DNA of 64,000 bases from Myxococcota bacterium (GTDB lineage Bacteria > Myxococcota_A > UBA796 > SXON01): the NCBI GenBank assembly GCA_040386535.1, contig JAZKFH010000046.1:17785-81784 (forward strand), read 5' to 3'. Each line of letters begins with the position of its first letter. The first letter of the stretch is position 1. The notes beneath the pieces were generated by a model, which worked only from the letters and a program-made list of their open reading frames with translations, made no database searches and was not told the DNA's origin. A program made the translations under genes and the position numbers. Below are positions 14,518-24,632 of this stretch, in pieces.

Positions 14518-15534
14518 TCACCGCGTGTGGAGCGTGTACCGCAGCGTCTCGACCAGCTCGTCGCTCGCGTCGGCGGTCAGGGGGAAGGTCGAGAAGACGA
14601 CTCCGCCGTCGCCATCCAGGAAGCGGTAGAGCAGCGGTACGGCCGAGAGCGTGTATTCGGAAAAGCCGTCCTCGAAGCTCACGTCGCCCCGGAGCAGGTC
14701 GCTCGCCTCGTCTCCGAGGTTCAGCACGGGGGGCCACGCCGCGGCGTAGGTGACGGGCACCCCCGAGGCGCCGACGAACGCGGCGAGCGCTGCGTTGTCC
14801 GCGAGGGCGTCCACCGGCTCGGCCACGCCCATCTCGGCGTCGTCCGGGATCTCGTCCGCGCCCGCGAAGTTGGCCTGATCGGGCCAGCCGATCTCGGCCA
14901 CGTCGTAGGCGCGCTCGGTGGCGAACACCACGCCGCCCGCGTCGACGAAGTCCCGGATGTTCTGCATCCGCGCGGCGACGGCCACGTTCGTGGGATCGGT
15001 CACGTCGTGGATGACGCCGGCTTCGACGAAGCCGCCCTCGAACACGACCAGCGCATAGGCGCCGAGCGCCGTCGGGTCGTCCAACAGCGCCGAGACCGCC
15101 GCGGTGTCGCTGCCGTCGAGCGTGGTGACCGTCGTGATGGCGACCTGCTCCAACGCGGCCACCGCCTCGCTGCCCGGGCCCGTGATCACCAGTACATCCT
15201 GCGTGAACGCGTCGAGGCAGGCGGGCTCCTCGAGCGCCACGGTGTCCCCAGCGGCCACCCACACGGTGTAGGTGTCGACGATGTCCACGCCGACCTGCAC
15301 GGTGAACGTGTACTCCGCGTCGCCGGGGAGGTTCGCCAGCGTGAAGCGCCCGTCCGCGTCCGCGGTGGTGACCAGGTCGAGTGATTCTACGGTCACGACG
15401 GCGCCGGGCGCCCAGGTGCGGGACGCGGGTGCGCAGGCGCGGCCTGCGATCGCGCCCGGATCGACGGTGGGCGAGGCCTCCGGAGGGCCGTCTGCACAGG
15501 CGAGGAGGAAGAGGGGCAGGATTCGGACGAGCAC
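14518..15534 (-). CDS. Lipoprotein with carboxypeptidase-regulatory-like N-domain and GATase-like alpha/beta C-domain
   Basis: LFLLAC; TTADADGRFTLANLP motif; IRDFVDAGGVVFAT and GDGGVVFSTF. Confidence 0.65.
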   Translation of the reverse strand: MLVRILPLFLLACADGPPEASPTVDPGAIAGRACAPASRTWAPGAVVTVESLDLVTTADADGRFTLANLPGDAEYTFTVQVGVDIVDTYTVWVAAGDTVALEEPACLDAFTQDVLVITGPGSEAVAALEQVAITTVTTLDGSDTAAVSALLDDPTALGAYALVVFEGGFVEAGVIHDVTDPTNVAVAARMQNIRDFVDAGGVVFATERAYDVAEIGWPDQANFAGADEIPDDAEMGVAEPVDALADNAALAAFVGASGVPVTYAAAWPPVLNLGDEASDLLRGDVSFEDGFSEYTLSAVPLLYRFLDGDGGVVFSTFPLTADASDELVETLRYTLHTR

Positions 15535-15626
15535 GGGGCCTCCGGTGCGGGTCGCCCGGTGGAACGACGCTGCAGGTGGTCCAGCATCGATCGGCCCGCG
15601 CGCCGCCGCAAGCGGAATTGCCTAGG

Positions 15627-18600
15627 TCACTCGTACAACCCCGCCGCCGTGAGTTGGTCGATGAGCGCCGCGGTCCGCTCCGGAAAGAACTCGGTCATCA
15701 GGCGGTCGTACTCGATCTGCCACTCGACGTCGCGGGTGTAGGGCACGGTGCGGTAGGTGTCCCCCCAACGCGCGGACTCGGCGAGCAGGGCCGCGTAGAT
15801 CTCGTCGGCGCGGGCCTCGTAGCGGGCGGCGGCCTTGGCGGGCGTCAGGGCGCCCTCCCCTTCGAGGTGCTCGCGCGCGCGGGCGGCGAAGCGGGCGCGG
15901 AAGTCCGCGTTGTCACGCAGGCGGGTGTAGACGTGGGAGATCGACCCGGCGACGTCGATGTCGACGAAGCCATCGTCCGACGCGCCCCACAAGCTGTACT
16001 CCATGTCCCACACGAAGAAGCGGAACTGCTCGCCGTCCACCCGGCGCCGGAGGCCGCGCATGTTGTTGCTCTCGAAGCAGCACGGACCGTCGCGATTGAC
16101 CGTATATTGGTTGATGAGCATGTAGTCGATGAGCGCGTCCAGATCGAGCATCTCCTCGACCGCGGCGTAGGCGGACGCATCGGTCAGATCGGCCTCGGCG
16201 CGGGCGAGCAGCTCGTTGTACGCGTCCAACGTGCCGTCCACCGCCTCGTTCGTGGAGGTGCGCCGGTTGATCGCGTCGTACTCGTCGGCGTCGCCACCCA
16301 GGTACTCCTCGCCGAAGCCCGCCTCGGGGCGCTCCACCGGGTTGTACAGGCCCCAATACAAGCCGTTCAGGTACAGGTGCACGTAGGTCGCGTGCCCGTC
16401 GAGCTTGCCCATGTCCCGCGCGGTGTCACGCGCAAAACTGTCGTGCAGGTACTGGGCCTGCGCGGGGTCGCGAAAGTCGAGCCAGGTCTTGCTGCCGCCG
16501 GCGCGGAGCACGATGCTGTCAAAGCGATCGACGGGCGCGTCGGGGAAGATCGGGTACTCCAGCTTGGGCGCCCCGTACTCGCGGGAGAACTCCAGCCGAA
16601 ACGAGTGCTTCTTCGTGTTGGAGTGGTAGCGCCACCCGTAGCCGTGTACGCGCAGGCCGCAGTCCTCCGCGAACGCGGTCGAGCCGTCGGGCAGGATCCA
16701 CTCGGCGGACGCGGCGCGCTCCCACGCGTCGCCCCGCTCGGTGCTGTTCTCGTAGAGCCCGGTCGTGCCGAAGAGGGCGTCCGGGTCGGTGACGATGGAG
16801 AGGGTCGGGATCGAGCGCAGCGCCTCGATGATCGCGGCGGGATCGGCGTCGACGACCTCGGGGTCCATCTCGTAGTCGCCGCTGACCGGCTCCTCGGACG
16901 CGCTGTCCCACACCGCCGGCAGGCCGGCGGGGGCGGCGGGCTGCTGGACCACGTCGGCGAGGAACAAGTATGTGTGCGTCACGATGTCGCTCGCGGCGTA
17001 CCCGTCGCGGAAGGTGGCGGCGCGCAAGAGCGCGGTGGTGGAGACGGTCCGCTCGGTGACCGCGCCCGCGTCGGTGGCGGCCACGACGGTGCCGTGGTCG
17101 AGCGTCGGGGCGCTCCCGTCGGTCGTGTAGACCAGCGTGGCGCCGGGCGGCGCGGTGAGGGTGGCGGTGAACGCGGCGTCGTAGAAGCCGCGCGCCGGGG
17201 TGATGATCGGGGCGTCGACGAACCCGGCGAAGCCCGCGCCGTTGGGGGCGCCGGGGGTCGGGGTGTCGAAGTACGCCGGATCGCCGTCGGTGATCGTCTC
17301 GGCGACGAGTGTGGGCCGGAGGAGCAGATCGTCGTCGTCCGCGGCCACGTTGAGGCCGGCGAGGGCGAACACGCCGGGGCCCGCGGCGAACGCGCGCGGA
17401 TCGAGGACGAACACCTCGGCCGTGGCGCCGTCGTGCGCGGCGGTGGCGAACGTCCCGCCGTCGTTGGCGGAGGCGACGGGGACGCCGTCGATCCACGCGG
17501 CGAAGCCGTCGTCGTAGGCGACCGTGAGCGTGGCGCGCGTCGGGGCGACTGCCAAGGTGTACGGCGCGCGCACGTAGGCGGGGGCGCCGGCGATGTCCGT
17601 CGTGATCGCGGACGCGTAGGGGGACGCGGGCGTGCCGGTGATGTCGACATCCACGAGGGTCAGCCACTCGCTGGAGTAGGTGCCGCCCACGGCGGTCTTG
17701 GAGACGCGCACGGTCCGCGCGATCACCGGGGGTGTCACCTCGAAGGTGAAGCGGTCGCCTGGATTGGTGGGGGTGGCGTCGGCGGCGACCGGGTTGAGCA
17801 CGTCGGACGACCACACCACGAGCCCGTCGGCGTCGAGGGCGGTCACGACCACGTTGTAGAGCCGCTCGCCGCAGCAGTCGAGCCGGTTCGACAACGCGAC
17901 GGCGCTCACGACGTGGTCGGCCTCGAGGTCGACCTCCCACCACGGCGAGAAGTCTCCGGTGGCGGTGTGGGTGAACGTGCCGGGCACCCCGTCCGCCGCG
18001 TACCCGGCAGGGTAGCCGCCCCACTCGCTCGATTGGGTCGCGGGCTTGTCGAGCGCGACGTTGCCGGGCGTGGCGTCGGTGGCGCCGCCGTCGAAGCCCA
18101 CGCCGAGGAGGACCGCGGCCCACGCGGTGTCGTCGAACGCGGGGGCGGTCCAGCCCGCGGGCGCGTCGGTGCCGAGCCTCGCGGGGGTGCCGTCGGTGGC
18201 GAGCGTGGTGGTCACCACGTCCTGGGCGAAACCCCACGACACGTCCTCGGGGAGCGCGGGCACGTCGACCTCGTCGGCCACGGAGCCGTCGGGACGCGCG
18301 AGCGTGATCGTCTCGCCGGCGGCGTCGATCTTGAAGGGGACGTGGAGCTCTCCCTCGCCGGCCCCGTCTCCAGATGCAAACACCACCACGAAGGCGCCGC
18401 CGCCGAGCGTGCCGGCGAGCGTGCCCGAGGCCCCGCCGTCCGCGAGGGTCCACCCCGCGAGGTCGACCGGATCGGGCCCGGGGTTGTACAGCTCGATCCA
18501 ATCGGGGCTCGTGCCGTCCGCGGCGTCGAGGGCGCCGGAGTTGTCGGACATCACCTCGGAGATGCGCACGATCGCGCCGGGCTCGACCGGGGCGGTGTCG

Positions 18601-18752
18601 TCGGGGGCGGTGTCGTCGGGGGGCTCGGTGTCGGTGGTGTCGACGGGGCCGGTGTCGCCGTGGCCGGTGTCCGCGGAGTCGTCCGTGGCCGGCTTGGGAG
18701 AGGGCCCGCACCCCGCGAGCAGCACCAGGGCGAGGAAGGAGCGACACGGCAC
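15627..18752 (-). CDS. CotH-family extracellular kinase with lamin-tail, F5/8 (fucolectin-like) and Fn3-associated domains
   Basis: Lipobox LLAGC; ISEVMSDN...DWIELYN (lamin-tail); NVALDKPATQSS...PWWEVDL; YTTDGSAP; KHSFRL, LYLNGLYWGLY, NRD...NN, WDME (CotH). The GTG start is an estimate. Confidence 0.85.
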   Translation of the reverse strand: MPCRSFLALVLLAGCGPSPKPATDDSADTGHGDTGPVDTTDTEPPDDTAPDDTAPVEPGAIVRISEVMSDNSGALDAADGTSPDWIELYNPGPDPVDLAGWTLADGGASGTLAGTLGGGAFVVVFASGDGAGEGELHVPFKIDAAGETITLARPDGSVADEVDVPALPEDVSWGFAQDVVTTTLATDGTPARLGTDAPAGWTAPAFDDTAWAAVLLGVGFDGGATDATPGNVALDKPATQSSEWGGYPAGYAADGVPGTFTHTATGDFSPWWEVDLEADHVVSAVALSNRLDCCGERLYNVVVTALDADGLVVWSSDVLNPVAADATPTNPGDRFTFEVTPPVIARTVRVSKTAVGGTYSSEWLTLVDVDITGTPASPYASAITTDIAGAPAYVRAPYTLAVAPTRATLTVAYDDGFAAWIDGVPVASANDGGTFATAAHDGATAEVFVLDPRAFAAGPGVFALAGLNVAADDDDLLLRPTLVAETITDGDPAYFDTPTPGAPNGAGFAGFVDAPIITPARGFYDAAFTATLTAPPGATLVYTTDGSAPTLDHGTVVAATDAGAVTERTVSTTALLRAATFRDGYAASDIVTHTYLFLADVVQQPAAPAGLPAVWDSASEEPVSGDYEMDPEVVDADPAAIIEALRSIPTLSIVTDPDALFGTTGLYENSTERGDAWERAASAEWILPDGSTAFAEDCGLRVHGYGWRYHSNTKKHSFRLEFSREYGAPKLEYPIFPDAPVDRFDSIVLRAGGSKTWLDFRDPAQAQYLHDSFARDTARDMGKLDGHATYVHLYLNGLYWGLYNPVERPEAGFGEEYLGGDADEYDAINRRTSTNEAVDGTLDAYNELLARAEADLTDASAYAAVEEMLDLDALIDYMLINQYTVNRDGPCCFESNNMRGLRRRVDGEQFRFFVWDMEYSLWGASDDGFVDIDVAGSISHVYTRLRDNADFRARFAARAREHLEGEGALTPAKAAARYEARADEIYAALLAESARWGDTYRTVPYTRDVEWQIEYDRLMTEFFPERTAALIDQLTAAGLYE

Positions 18753-18790
18753 GGGCGGCCCGGGTGAGCGGCCAGGGTACCGGAGGTGTG

Positions 18791-20590
18791 TCACACCACG
18801 AAGTACATCTCCCGCTCGCGCACGTCCGCGTCCCGACGGGGGCAGACCGGGCAGTGGTCGGTGATGAGCGCGTAGGCGTACCGGACCGCCAGCGACGTGC
18901 TCGTCATGCGGACGGACTGTTCCAAGAAGAGCTGGTCCTCGGGGAGCTTCTCGGCGATGCCACACCGCGCGAAGCTCTCGTGCATCTCCTTGCGGACACC
19001 ACACATCACCACCGTCACGCCCCGCGCCTTCATGCGGTCGAGCATCCCCTCCAACAGGGACAACCCGACGGCGTCGGGGCGCCGCGCCCGCTTCATCCGG
19101 AGCACGATCACCTTGGTGTCGGGCGTCACGCGCGCCTCGATGGCGTCGAAGTGCTCCTCGATGCTCGAGGCCGACCCGAAGAACATCTCGCCTTCCAGGC
19201 CGAAGAGCAGGATGCGGCCACACACCTCGTCGGACGGCATCCGCTCGTGGATCCCGCCGTCGGCCGCCACCACGAACTCGGTGAGCAGCATGTTCCCGGT
19301 GCGCGGCACGGCGAGCATGAACGACAGGAAAACGCCGATGAGCACGCAGAACTCGATCGAGATCGCGATCGCGGCGAGGGCCGTGGCGGCGACGATGACC
19401 GCGTCGAAGCGGGACGCGCGCACGTGGTAGCGCAGGTCGTGGAGGTTCACCATGCGCAGCGCGGTGAGCATCAGGATGCCCGCGAGCGCGGCGCGCGGGA
19501 TGTACATGGCGTAGGGCGCGAACGCCATCATGATGAGCGCGACGGCCGCGGCGGAGACGATGCCCGACCACTGGGTGCGGGCGCCGGCCTGCTGGTTGAT
19601 CGCGGACCGGGTGAGCGAGCCCGACCCCGGCATGCACTGGAAGAAGCTCCCGGTGAAGTTGGCGACCCCCTCGGACAGGCACTGTTGGTTCAGGTCCAGC
19701 TTCTGGCGTGTCACCGCCGCGATGGCCTTTGCCATCGATACCGCTTCCAACAGACCGAGGAGCGCGATGGCCAGGGCGCTCGACGCCAGGTCCCGCATCT
19801 GCGCGACGTCGAAGTGGGGGAGCTCGAAGCTCGGGAGCCCGGCGGGGATGGTGCCGATCACCTTGACGCCCTGTTGATCCAGGCCGAGCGCCGCGGTCAG
19901 CGCCGCCATGCCCACGACCACGAGGAGGAGCTCGGGCACGAGCGCCCACCCCATCCGCGCCTTCACCCACCGGAGGGCGACGACACACACGATCGAGGCG
20001 AGCCCCACGAGCAGGGTGGGCGTGTGCACCGCGCCGCCGGTCGTGAGGGTCTGCCAGAAGCGGGACAGGAAGTGGTCGTGAACGTCGCCCATGGCCTTGA
20101 GGCCGAGCAGGTTCTTCGTCTGGTCGAGCACCAACAGGACGCTCGCGCCCGCGGTGAAGCCGACGATGACGGAGTGGGAGATGTACCGGGTCAGGTCGCC
20201 CAGGCGCAAGAGGCTGATCCCGAGCTGGATCGCGCCGATGAGGAACCCCATCAACACGGCGGCCTGGATGCGCTCCTCGGGGCTCTCGAAGTGCCCGACG
20301 GCGCTCAGCAGCGCGATCGAGATCGCGTTGGTCGGCCCGTTGATGAGCTGGCGCGAGGAGTCGAGCAGCGCGCCCACCGCGGTCATCACGATCGCGGTGT
20401 AGAGCCCGTACTCCGCGGGGAGCCCGACGATGAGCGCGTACGCCATGGCCTGGGGCACGGCCACCGACGCCACGGAGAGCCCGGCGAGCAGGTCGGCGCG
20501 GGCGTCCTGGAAGGTGTAGGTCCGCAGGGACTCGAACGCGGGCACACGGCGGTACAGGTAGGCGAGGGCGGGCGTGGGCGCGGTGGTCAG
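18791..20590 (-). CDS. SulP-family anion transporter with STAS domain
   Basis: DLLAGLSVA..VPQAMAYA, GLYTAIV, GSLTRS, EGEMFFG. Start is CTG 20590 or GTG 20545. Confidence 0.92.
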   Translation of the reverse strand: MTTAPTPALAYLYRRVPAFESLRTYTFQDARADLLAGLSVASVAVPQAMAYALIVGLPAEYGLYTAIVMTAVGALLDSSRQLINGPTNAISIALLSAVGHFESPEERIQAAVLMGFLIGAIQLGISLLRLGDLTRYISHSVIVGFTAGASVLLVLDQTKNLLGLKAMGDVHDHFLSRFWQTLTTGGAVHTPTLLVGLASIVCVVALRWVKARMGWALVPELLLVVVGMAALTAALGLDQQGVKVIGTIPAGLPSFELPHFDVAQMRDLASSALAIALLGLLEAVSMAKAIAAVTRQKLDLNQQCLSEGVANFTGSFFQCMPGSGSLTRSAINQQAGARTQWSGIVSAAAVALIMMAFAPYAMYIPRAALAGILMLTALRMVNLHDLRYHVRASRFDAVIVAATALAAIAISIEFCVLIGVFLSFMLAVPRTGNMLLTEFVVAADGGIHERMPSDEVCGRILLFGLEGEMFFGSASSIEEHFDAIEARVTPDTKVIVLRMKRARRPDAVGLSLLEGMLDRMKARGVTVVMCGVRKEMHESFARCGIAEKLPEDQLFLEQSVRMTSTSLAVRYAYALITDHCPVCPRRDADVREREMYFVV

Positions 20591-20679
20591 GGGAGCTCCG
20601 ACACCCGGGGGTCAGCAATCTCCATGCCATCGAAGAACGACCGGATCCCGCGGCGGATCCTGGGTTCCGCGGGAATCCG

Positions 20680-20728
20680 TCACGGATATTCCGTGATCTC
20701 GTCACGGGATCCCGTGATGGGTCACGGG
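20680..20728. promoter_or_regulatory. Cluster of TCACGG-N4/5-CCGTGA palindromes in the divergent sulP/radical SAM intergenic region
   Basis: TCACGGATATTCCGTGA at 20680-20696, TCACGGGATCCCGTGA at 20702-20717, and half-site GTCACGGG at 20721. Confidence 0.5.
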
Positions 20729-20792
20729 CAGCAGCGCCGGCTCACCGGGCCTCAGGGGGCGCTTCCGGCCCGCCCCGGCTACCTGGGCGCCC

Positions 20793-22331
20793 ATGGACAT
20801 CGTGCTGGCCACCTTCAACGCGGGGTACATCCACGCCTCGTTCGGCTTGCGGTACCTTTTCGCCAACCTCGGCGCGTTGCAGCGACGCACGGCGCTGGTG
20901 GAGCTGGACGCCGCGATGGCCCCGCTCGACGCGGTGGAGGCGCTCCTGGCGCGCTCGCCGCGCATCATCGGCCTCGGCGTGTACGTGTGGAACGCGACGC
21001 TCACCCTCGCCGTCGTCGAGCTGCTCAAGGCCCTCCGCCCCGACGTGAAGATCGTGCTCGGCGGCCCGGAGGTGAGCCACGAGATCGACGCGCAGCCGTT
21101 GTGTGCGTTGGCGGACGTGGTGGTGGTGGGCGAGGCCGACCTCGCGTTCGCGCACATCTGCACGCGCCTGCTCGCGGGCGAGGCGGTCGAGCATGTCGTC
21201 CGCCCCGTGCTCCCCGACCTCGCGACGCTGGCGCCCCCCTACGACCTGTACACCGCCGAGGACCTGGCCCAGCGCGTCGTGTACGTCGAGGCCTCGCGCG
21301 GGTGCCCGTTCCTGTGCGCGTTCTGCCTCTCGGCGCTCGACAAGGGCGTGCGCCGCTTCGACGAGGACACGTTCCTGGCGGCGTTGGGCGCGCTCCACGA
21401 CCGGGGCCTGCGCAACTTCAAGTTCGTGGACCGCACGTTCAACCTCTCGATCGGGAGCTGCAAGCGCATCCTCGGGTTCTTCCTCGAGCGGCTGGATCCG
21501 TCCCTCTTCGTGCACTTCGAGCTCATCCCCGACCGCCTCCCCACCGAGCTGAAGGCGTTGATCGCGGCGTTTCCGCCGGGCACGCTCCAGTTCGAGATCG
21601 GCATCCAGACCTTCGACGCCGAGATTGCCGCGCGCATCGACCGGCGCCACGATCCGGTCCAGATCGAGGCCAACCTGGGTTGGTTGCGGTCTGCCACCGG
21701 CGTGCACCTCCACACCGACCTCATCGTGGGGCTGCCCGGCGAGTCCGTGGCGTTGTTCGGCGCCGGCTTCGACCGGCTGTTCGCGCTCGGGCCGCAAGAG
21801 ATCCAGGTCGGGGTGCTCAAGCGCCTGCGGGGGGCGCCCATCGCCCGCCACTCCGTGCCGTGGGGCATGATCTACAGCCCCCGCCCTCCCTACGAGGTGC
21901 TCCAGACCGGCGCGATCCCGTTCCTGGAGATGCAGGCGATGAAGCGGTTCGCGCGCTTCTGGGGCCTGCTCGCCAACTCGGGCCACTACCGCCACACCCT
22001 GCCGCTTCTCCTGGGGGACACCGGGGGGGGCGGCTCGCCCTTCGAGCGGTTCCACGCGCTCTCGGAGGCCCTCGGAGCGCGCTTCGGGCGCACGCACGGC
22101 ATCGCGTCCAACCGACTGGTCGAGGCGGTGTACGACCACGCTATCGCCACCGGCGTCGCCCCCGAGGTGCTCGGCCGCGCGCTGATCACCGACCTGATGA
22201 ACACCGGCCGCCTGCCGCTCCCCGACCTGCTCCGCCCCTTCGCGACCGAGGCGGAGCGGCTCATCCGGAAGGCGCGGCCGGCGCCCCGGGACGGGCACGC
22301 GCGGCAGGAGGCGCACGGATCGCGGGGGTGA
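20793..22331 (+). CDS. B12-binding radical SAM protein (DUF4080-type)
   Basis: N-terminal B12-binding YVWN..LGGPE; EASRGCPFLCAFC (CxxxCxxC); FVDRTFN; EIGIQ; DLIVGLP. Confidence 0.9.
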   Translation: MDIVLATFNAGYIHASFGLRYLFANLGALQRRTALVELDAAMAPLDAVEALLARSPRIIGLGVYVWNATLTLAVVELLKALRPDVKIVLGGPEVSHEIDAQPLCALADVVVVGEADLAFAHICTRLLAGEAVEHVVRPVLPDLATLAPPYDLYTAEDLAQRVVYVEASRGCPFLCAFCLSALDKGVRRFDEDTFLAALGALHDRGLRNFKFVDRTFNLSIGSCKRILGFFLERLDPSLFVHFELIPDRLPTELKALIAAFPPGTLQFEIGIQTFDAEIAARIDRRHDPVQIEANLGWLRSATGVHLHTDLIVGLPGESVALFGAGFDRLFALGPQEIQVGVLKRLRGAPIARHSVPWGMIYSPRPPYEVLQTGAIPFLEMQAMKRFARFWGLLANSGHYRHTLPLLLGDTGGGGSPFERFHALSEALGARFGRTHGIASNRLVEAVYDHAIATGVAPEVLGRALITDLMNTGRLPLPDLLRPFATEAERLIRKARPAPRDGHARQEAHGSRG

Positions 22332-22340
22332 GGCCCTCCT

Positions 22341-24614
22341 CTACCTGCCCTGCAGGGAGACGACGTAGACGCTGCCGCCCACGTCGGTGGAGGAGGCCCC
22401 CACGATCGCGTCGGGAAACCCATCTCCGGTGACATCGGCGCCCGCCACCGACACGCCGGCGAGATCCCCCGCGACGACGCCGCGCAACGCGAACGTGGAC
22501 TCCTGCAACTCGGCCGCGCCCGAGAGCAGGCCGTACCAGAGGAACACGTCGCCGGACGAGGTCTCCGAGCCGGGCGTCGAGCTGCCGACGAGCAGGTCGT
22601 CGACGCCATCAAGGTCGAAGTCGGCGGTCGCCAGCTCGAGGTTCGTGCCCCCGCTCCCGAGCAGCGTCCCGCTCGCGTCCCCGGTGTCCATGGTGCCGAG
22701 CGGCACGTCGAGGAAGACGAACACGTGGCCGTCCGCGGTCAGGGCCAGGTCGCCGTCGCCGTCGCCGTTCAGATCGCCGAACGTGTAGCCGCCGGTGCCG
22801 TCGGTGATGAGGGAGTCGGCCTCCGCGGTGGTGACCACCCCGGACGGGGGCGGGCCGAACACCACCGCGGAGCCCTCCGCGACCCTGAGCACGAGGTCGT
22901 CGATGCCGTCCGCGTCGAGGTCGCCCACCGCCGGGCTCGAGCCGGGGATCTCCAGCTGGGCGTCCGCATCGGACAGGGACCCGGCCAGCGGGCTCGCGAA
23001 CAACCAGGTCATGGTGACGGGGTCGTAGACGTCGCGGCCCGAGACGAGCAGGTCGTCCGCGCCGTCTCCGGTCACGTCTCCGGCGGCGAGCCACCACGCC
23101 GGGGTCCCCATGGACGCGACATAGGTGCCGCTCGCCGAGTAGATGGCGACGTAGCCGGAGGAGTAGTACCCGCCGGGCCCCCCGCCGGCGATGTCGTCCA
23201 GCCCGTCGCCGTCGAAGTCGCCGAGCGCCAGCGCCACGCCCATGCCCTCGTACCAGCCGGCGTCCATGACCATGGTAGCGTCGGAGAGCACGCCGGAGGT
23301 GACCGGGCCCCGCGCGAGGCGCACCTCGCCGTCGGGGCTGGGGGCGCCGATGGCGAGGTCCACCAGGCCGTCTCCGTCGGTATCGCCGGCCGCGACCGCG
23401 TACCCGGCCTGCCCGTTCGTGTACCTGTCGGCGTCGATCTGCACGTCGGCGGTCGCGAGGCTGATCTCGGTGGCGGCGCACCCGTCGTCGGCGCCGTCAC
23501 AGTCGTCGTCCACGCCGTCGTCGCAGGGATCGTCGGCGTCGGGGTGGATGGCCGCGGACAGGTCGTCGCAGTCGGTGTCGTCCGCGACGTGGCCCGACGG
23601 CGCGTCGCAGGCGAGCTCCGTGGAGAGGGCGCTGGCGTCGCCGAAGCCGTCACTGTCGGCGTCCGCGTACCAGGGCGAGGTGTCGATGGCGCCGAGATCG
23701 ACCGTCCCGTCACAGTCGTCGTCACGGTCGTTGCACACCTCGGCGGCGGCCGGGGACACGGCCGCGTCGTCGTCGTTGCAATCGGTGGCGTCCGCGACCG
23801 TGCGCGCCGGCGCCGTGCACGCCACGGTGGCGACGGCGGGGTCGCCGAATCCGTCCCCGTCGGCGTCGGCGTACCAGGACGGCGCGTCAACGGCGTCGTC
23901 CTCGTCCACCACGGCGTCGCAGTCGTCGTCCATCGTGTTGCACACCTCTTCGCCGCCGGGGGACACGGCCGCGTCGGTGTCGTCACAATCGGTGGCGTCG
24001 GCGACCGCGCGGGCGGGCGCGTCACACGCCGTCGAGGCGGCGGCGGCGTCGCCGTAGCCGTCGCCATCGATGTCGGCGTACCAGGTCGAGGCATCCGCGG
24101 CGGACTCCTCGTCCACCGTGCCGTCACAGTTGTCGTCAATCGTGTTGCAGACCTCTTCGCCACCGGGGGAGACGGCCGCGCTGGTGTCGTCACAATCGGT
24201 GTCGTCGACGACCGCGCCCGCGGGCGTGTCACACGCCACGAGGGCCGAACCCGGGTCGCCGTACCCGTCCCCGTCCGTGTCGGCGTGCCAGGTCGCCGCG
24301 CCGACGGCGGCGTCCTCATCCACCGTGCCGTCGCAATTGTCGTCGACCGTGTTGCAGACCTCGATCCCGTCGGGAGAGACCGCCGCGTTCGTGTCGTCAC
24401 AATCGCCGGCGTCGGCCACCGTGCCCGCCGGGGCCGTACATTCGCGGTGGAACGACCCGGGATTGCCGTACCCGTCGGCGTCGGCGTCCGTGTACCAGAC
24501 GAGCTTGTCGCACGTGGGGCCGGGCTCGATCTCCCCGGTGTCTTCGGGCGCCGCGGGGCCCTCGGGGCGGCAGCCGAGGGCGAGGAGGAGCGCCAGAAGC
24601 GAGCTTGTACGCAT
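22341..24614 (-). CDS. Lipoprotein: MopE-like repeats plus FG-GAP/integrin-like propeller
   Basis: LLALGC; DCDD repeats; GDxDGDGxxDLxIGAP repeats. Confidence 0.85.
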   Translation of the reverse strand: MRTSSLLALLLALGCRPEGPAAPEDTGEIEPGPTCDKLVWYTDADADGYGNPGSFHRECTAPAGTVADAGDCDDTNAAVSPDGIEVCNTVDDNCDGTVDEDAAVGAATWHADTDGDGYGDPGSALVACDTPAGAVVDDTDCDDTSAAVSPGGEEVCNTIDDNCDGTVDEESAADASTWYADIDGDGYGDAAAASTACDAPARAVADATDCDDTDAAVSPGGEEVCNTMDDDCDAVVDEDDAVDAPSWYADADGDGFGDPAVATVACTAPARTVADATDCNDDDAAVSPAAAEVCNDRDDDCDGTVDLGAIDTSPWYADADSDGFGDASALSTELACDAPSGHVADDTDCDDLSAAIHPDADDPCDDGVDDDCDGADDGCAATEISLATADVQIDADRYTNGQAGYAVAAGDTDGDGLVDLAIGAPSPDGEVRLARGPVTSGVLSDATMVMDAGWYEGMGVALALGDFDGDGLDDIAGGGPGGYYSSGYVAIYSASGTYVASMGTPAWWLAAGDVTGDGADDLLVSGRDVYDPVTMTWLFASPLAGSLSDADAQLEIPGSSPAVGDLDADGIDDLVLRVAEGSAVVFGPPPSGVVTTAEADSLITDGTGGYTFGDLNGDGDGDLALTADGHVFVFLDVPLGTMDTGDASGTLLGSGGTNLELATADFDLDGVDDLLVGSSTPGSETSSGDVFLWYGLLSGAAELQESTFALRGVVAGDLAGVSVAGADVTGDGFPDAIVGASSTDVGGSVYVVSLQGR

Positions 24615-24632
24615 GGTGCCTCCTCGCTAACC

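Noticed and set aside
15381..22432. Very long alternative-frame and antisense ORFs (e.g. 1128 aa, 1352 aa, and the 1692-aa N-terminal extension)
   Set aside because: Arg/Gly/Ala-rich shadow ORFs expected at this GC content; they overlap well-supported genes.
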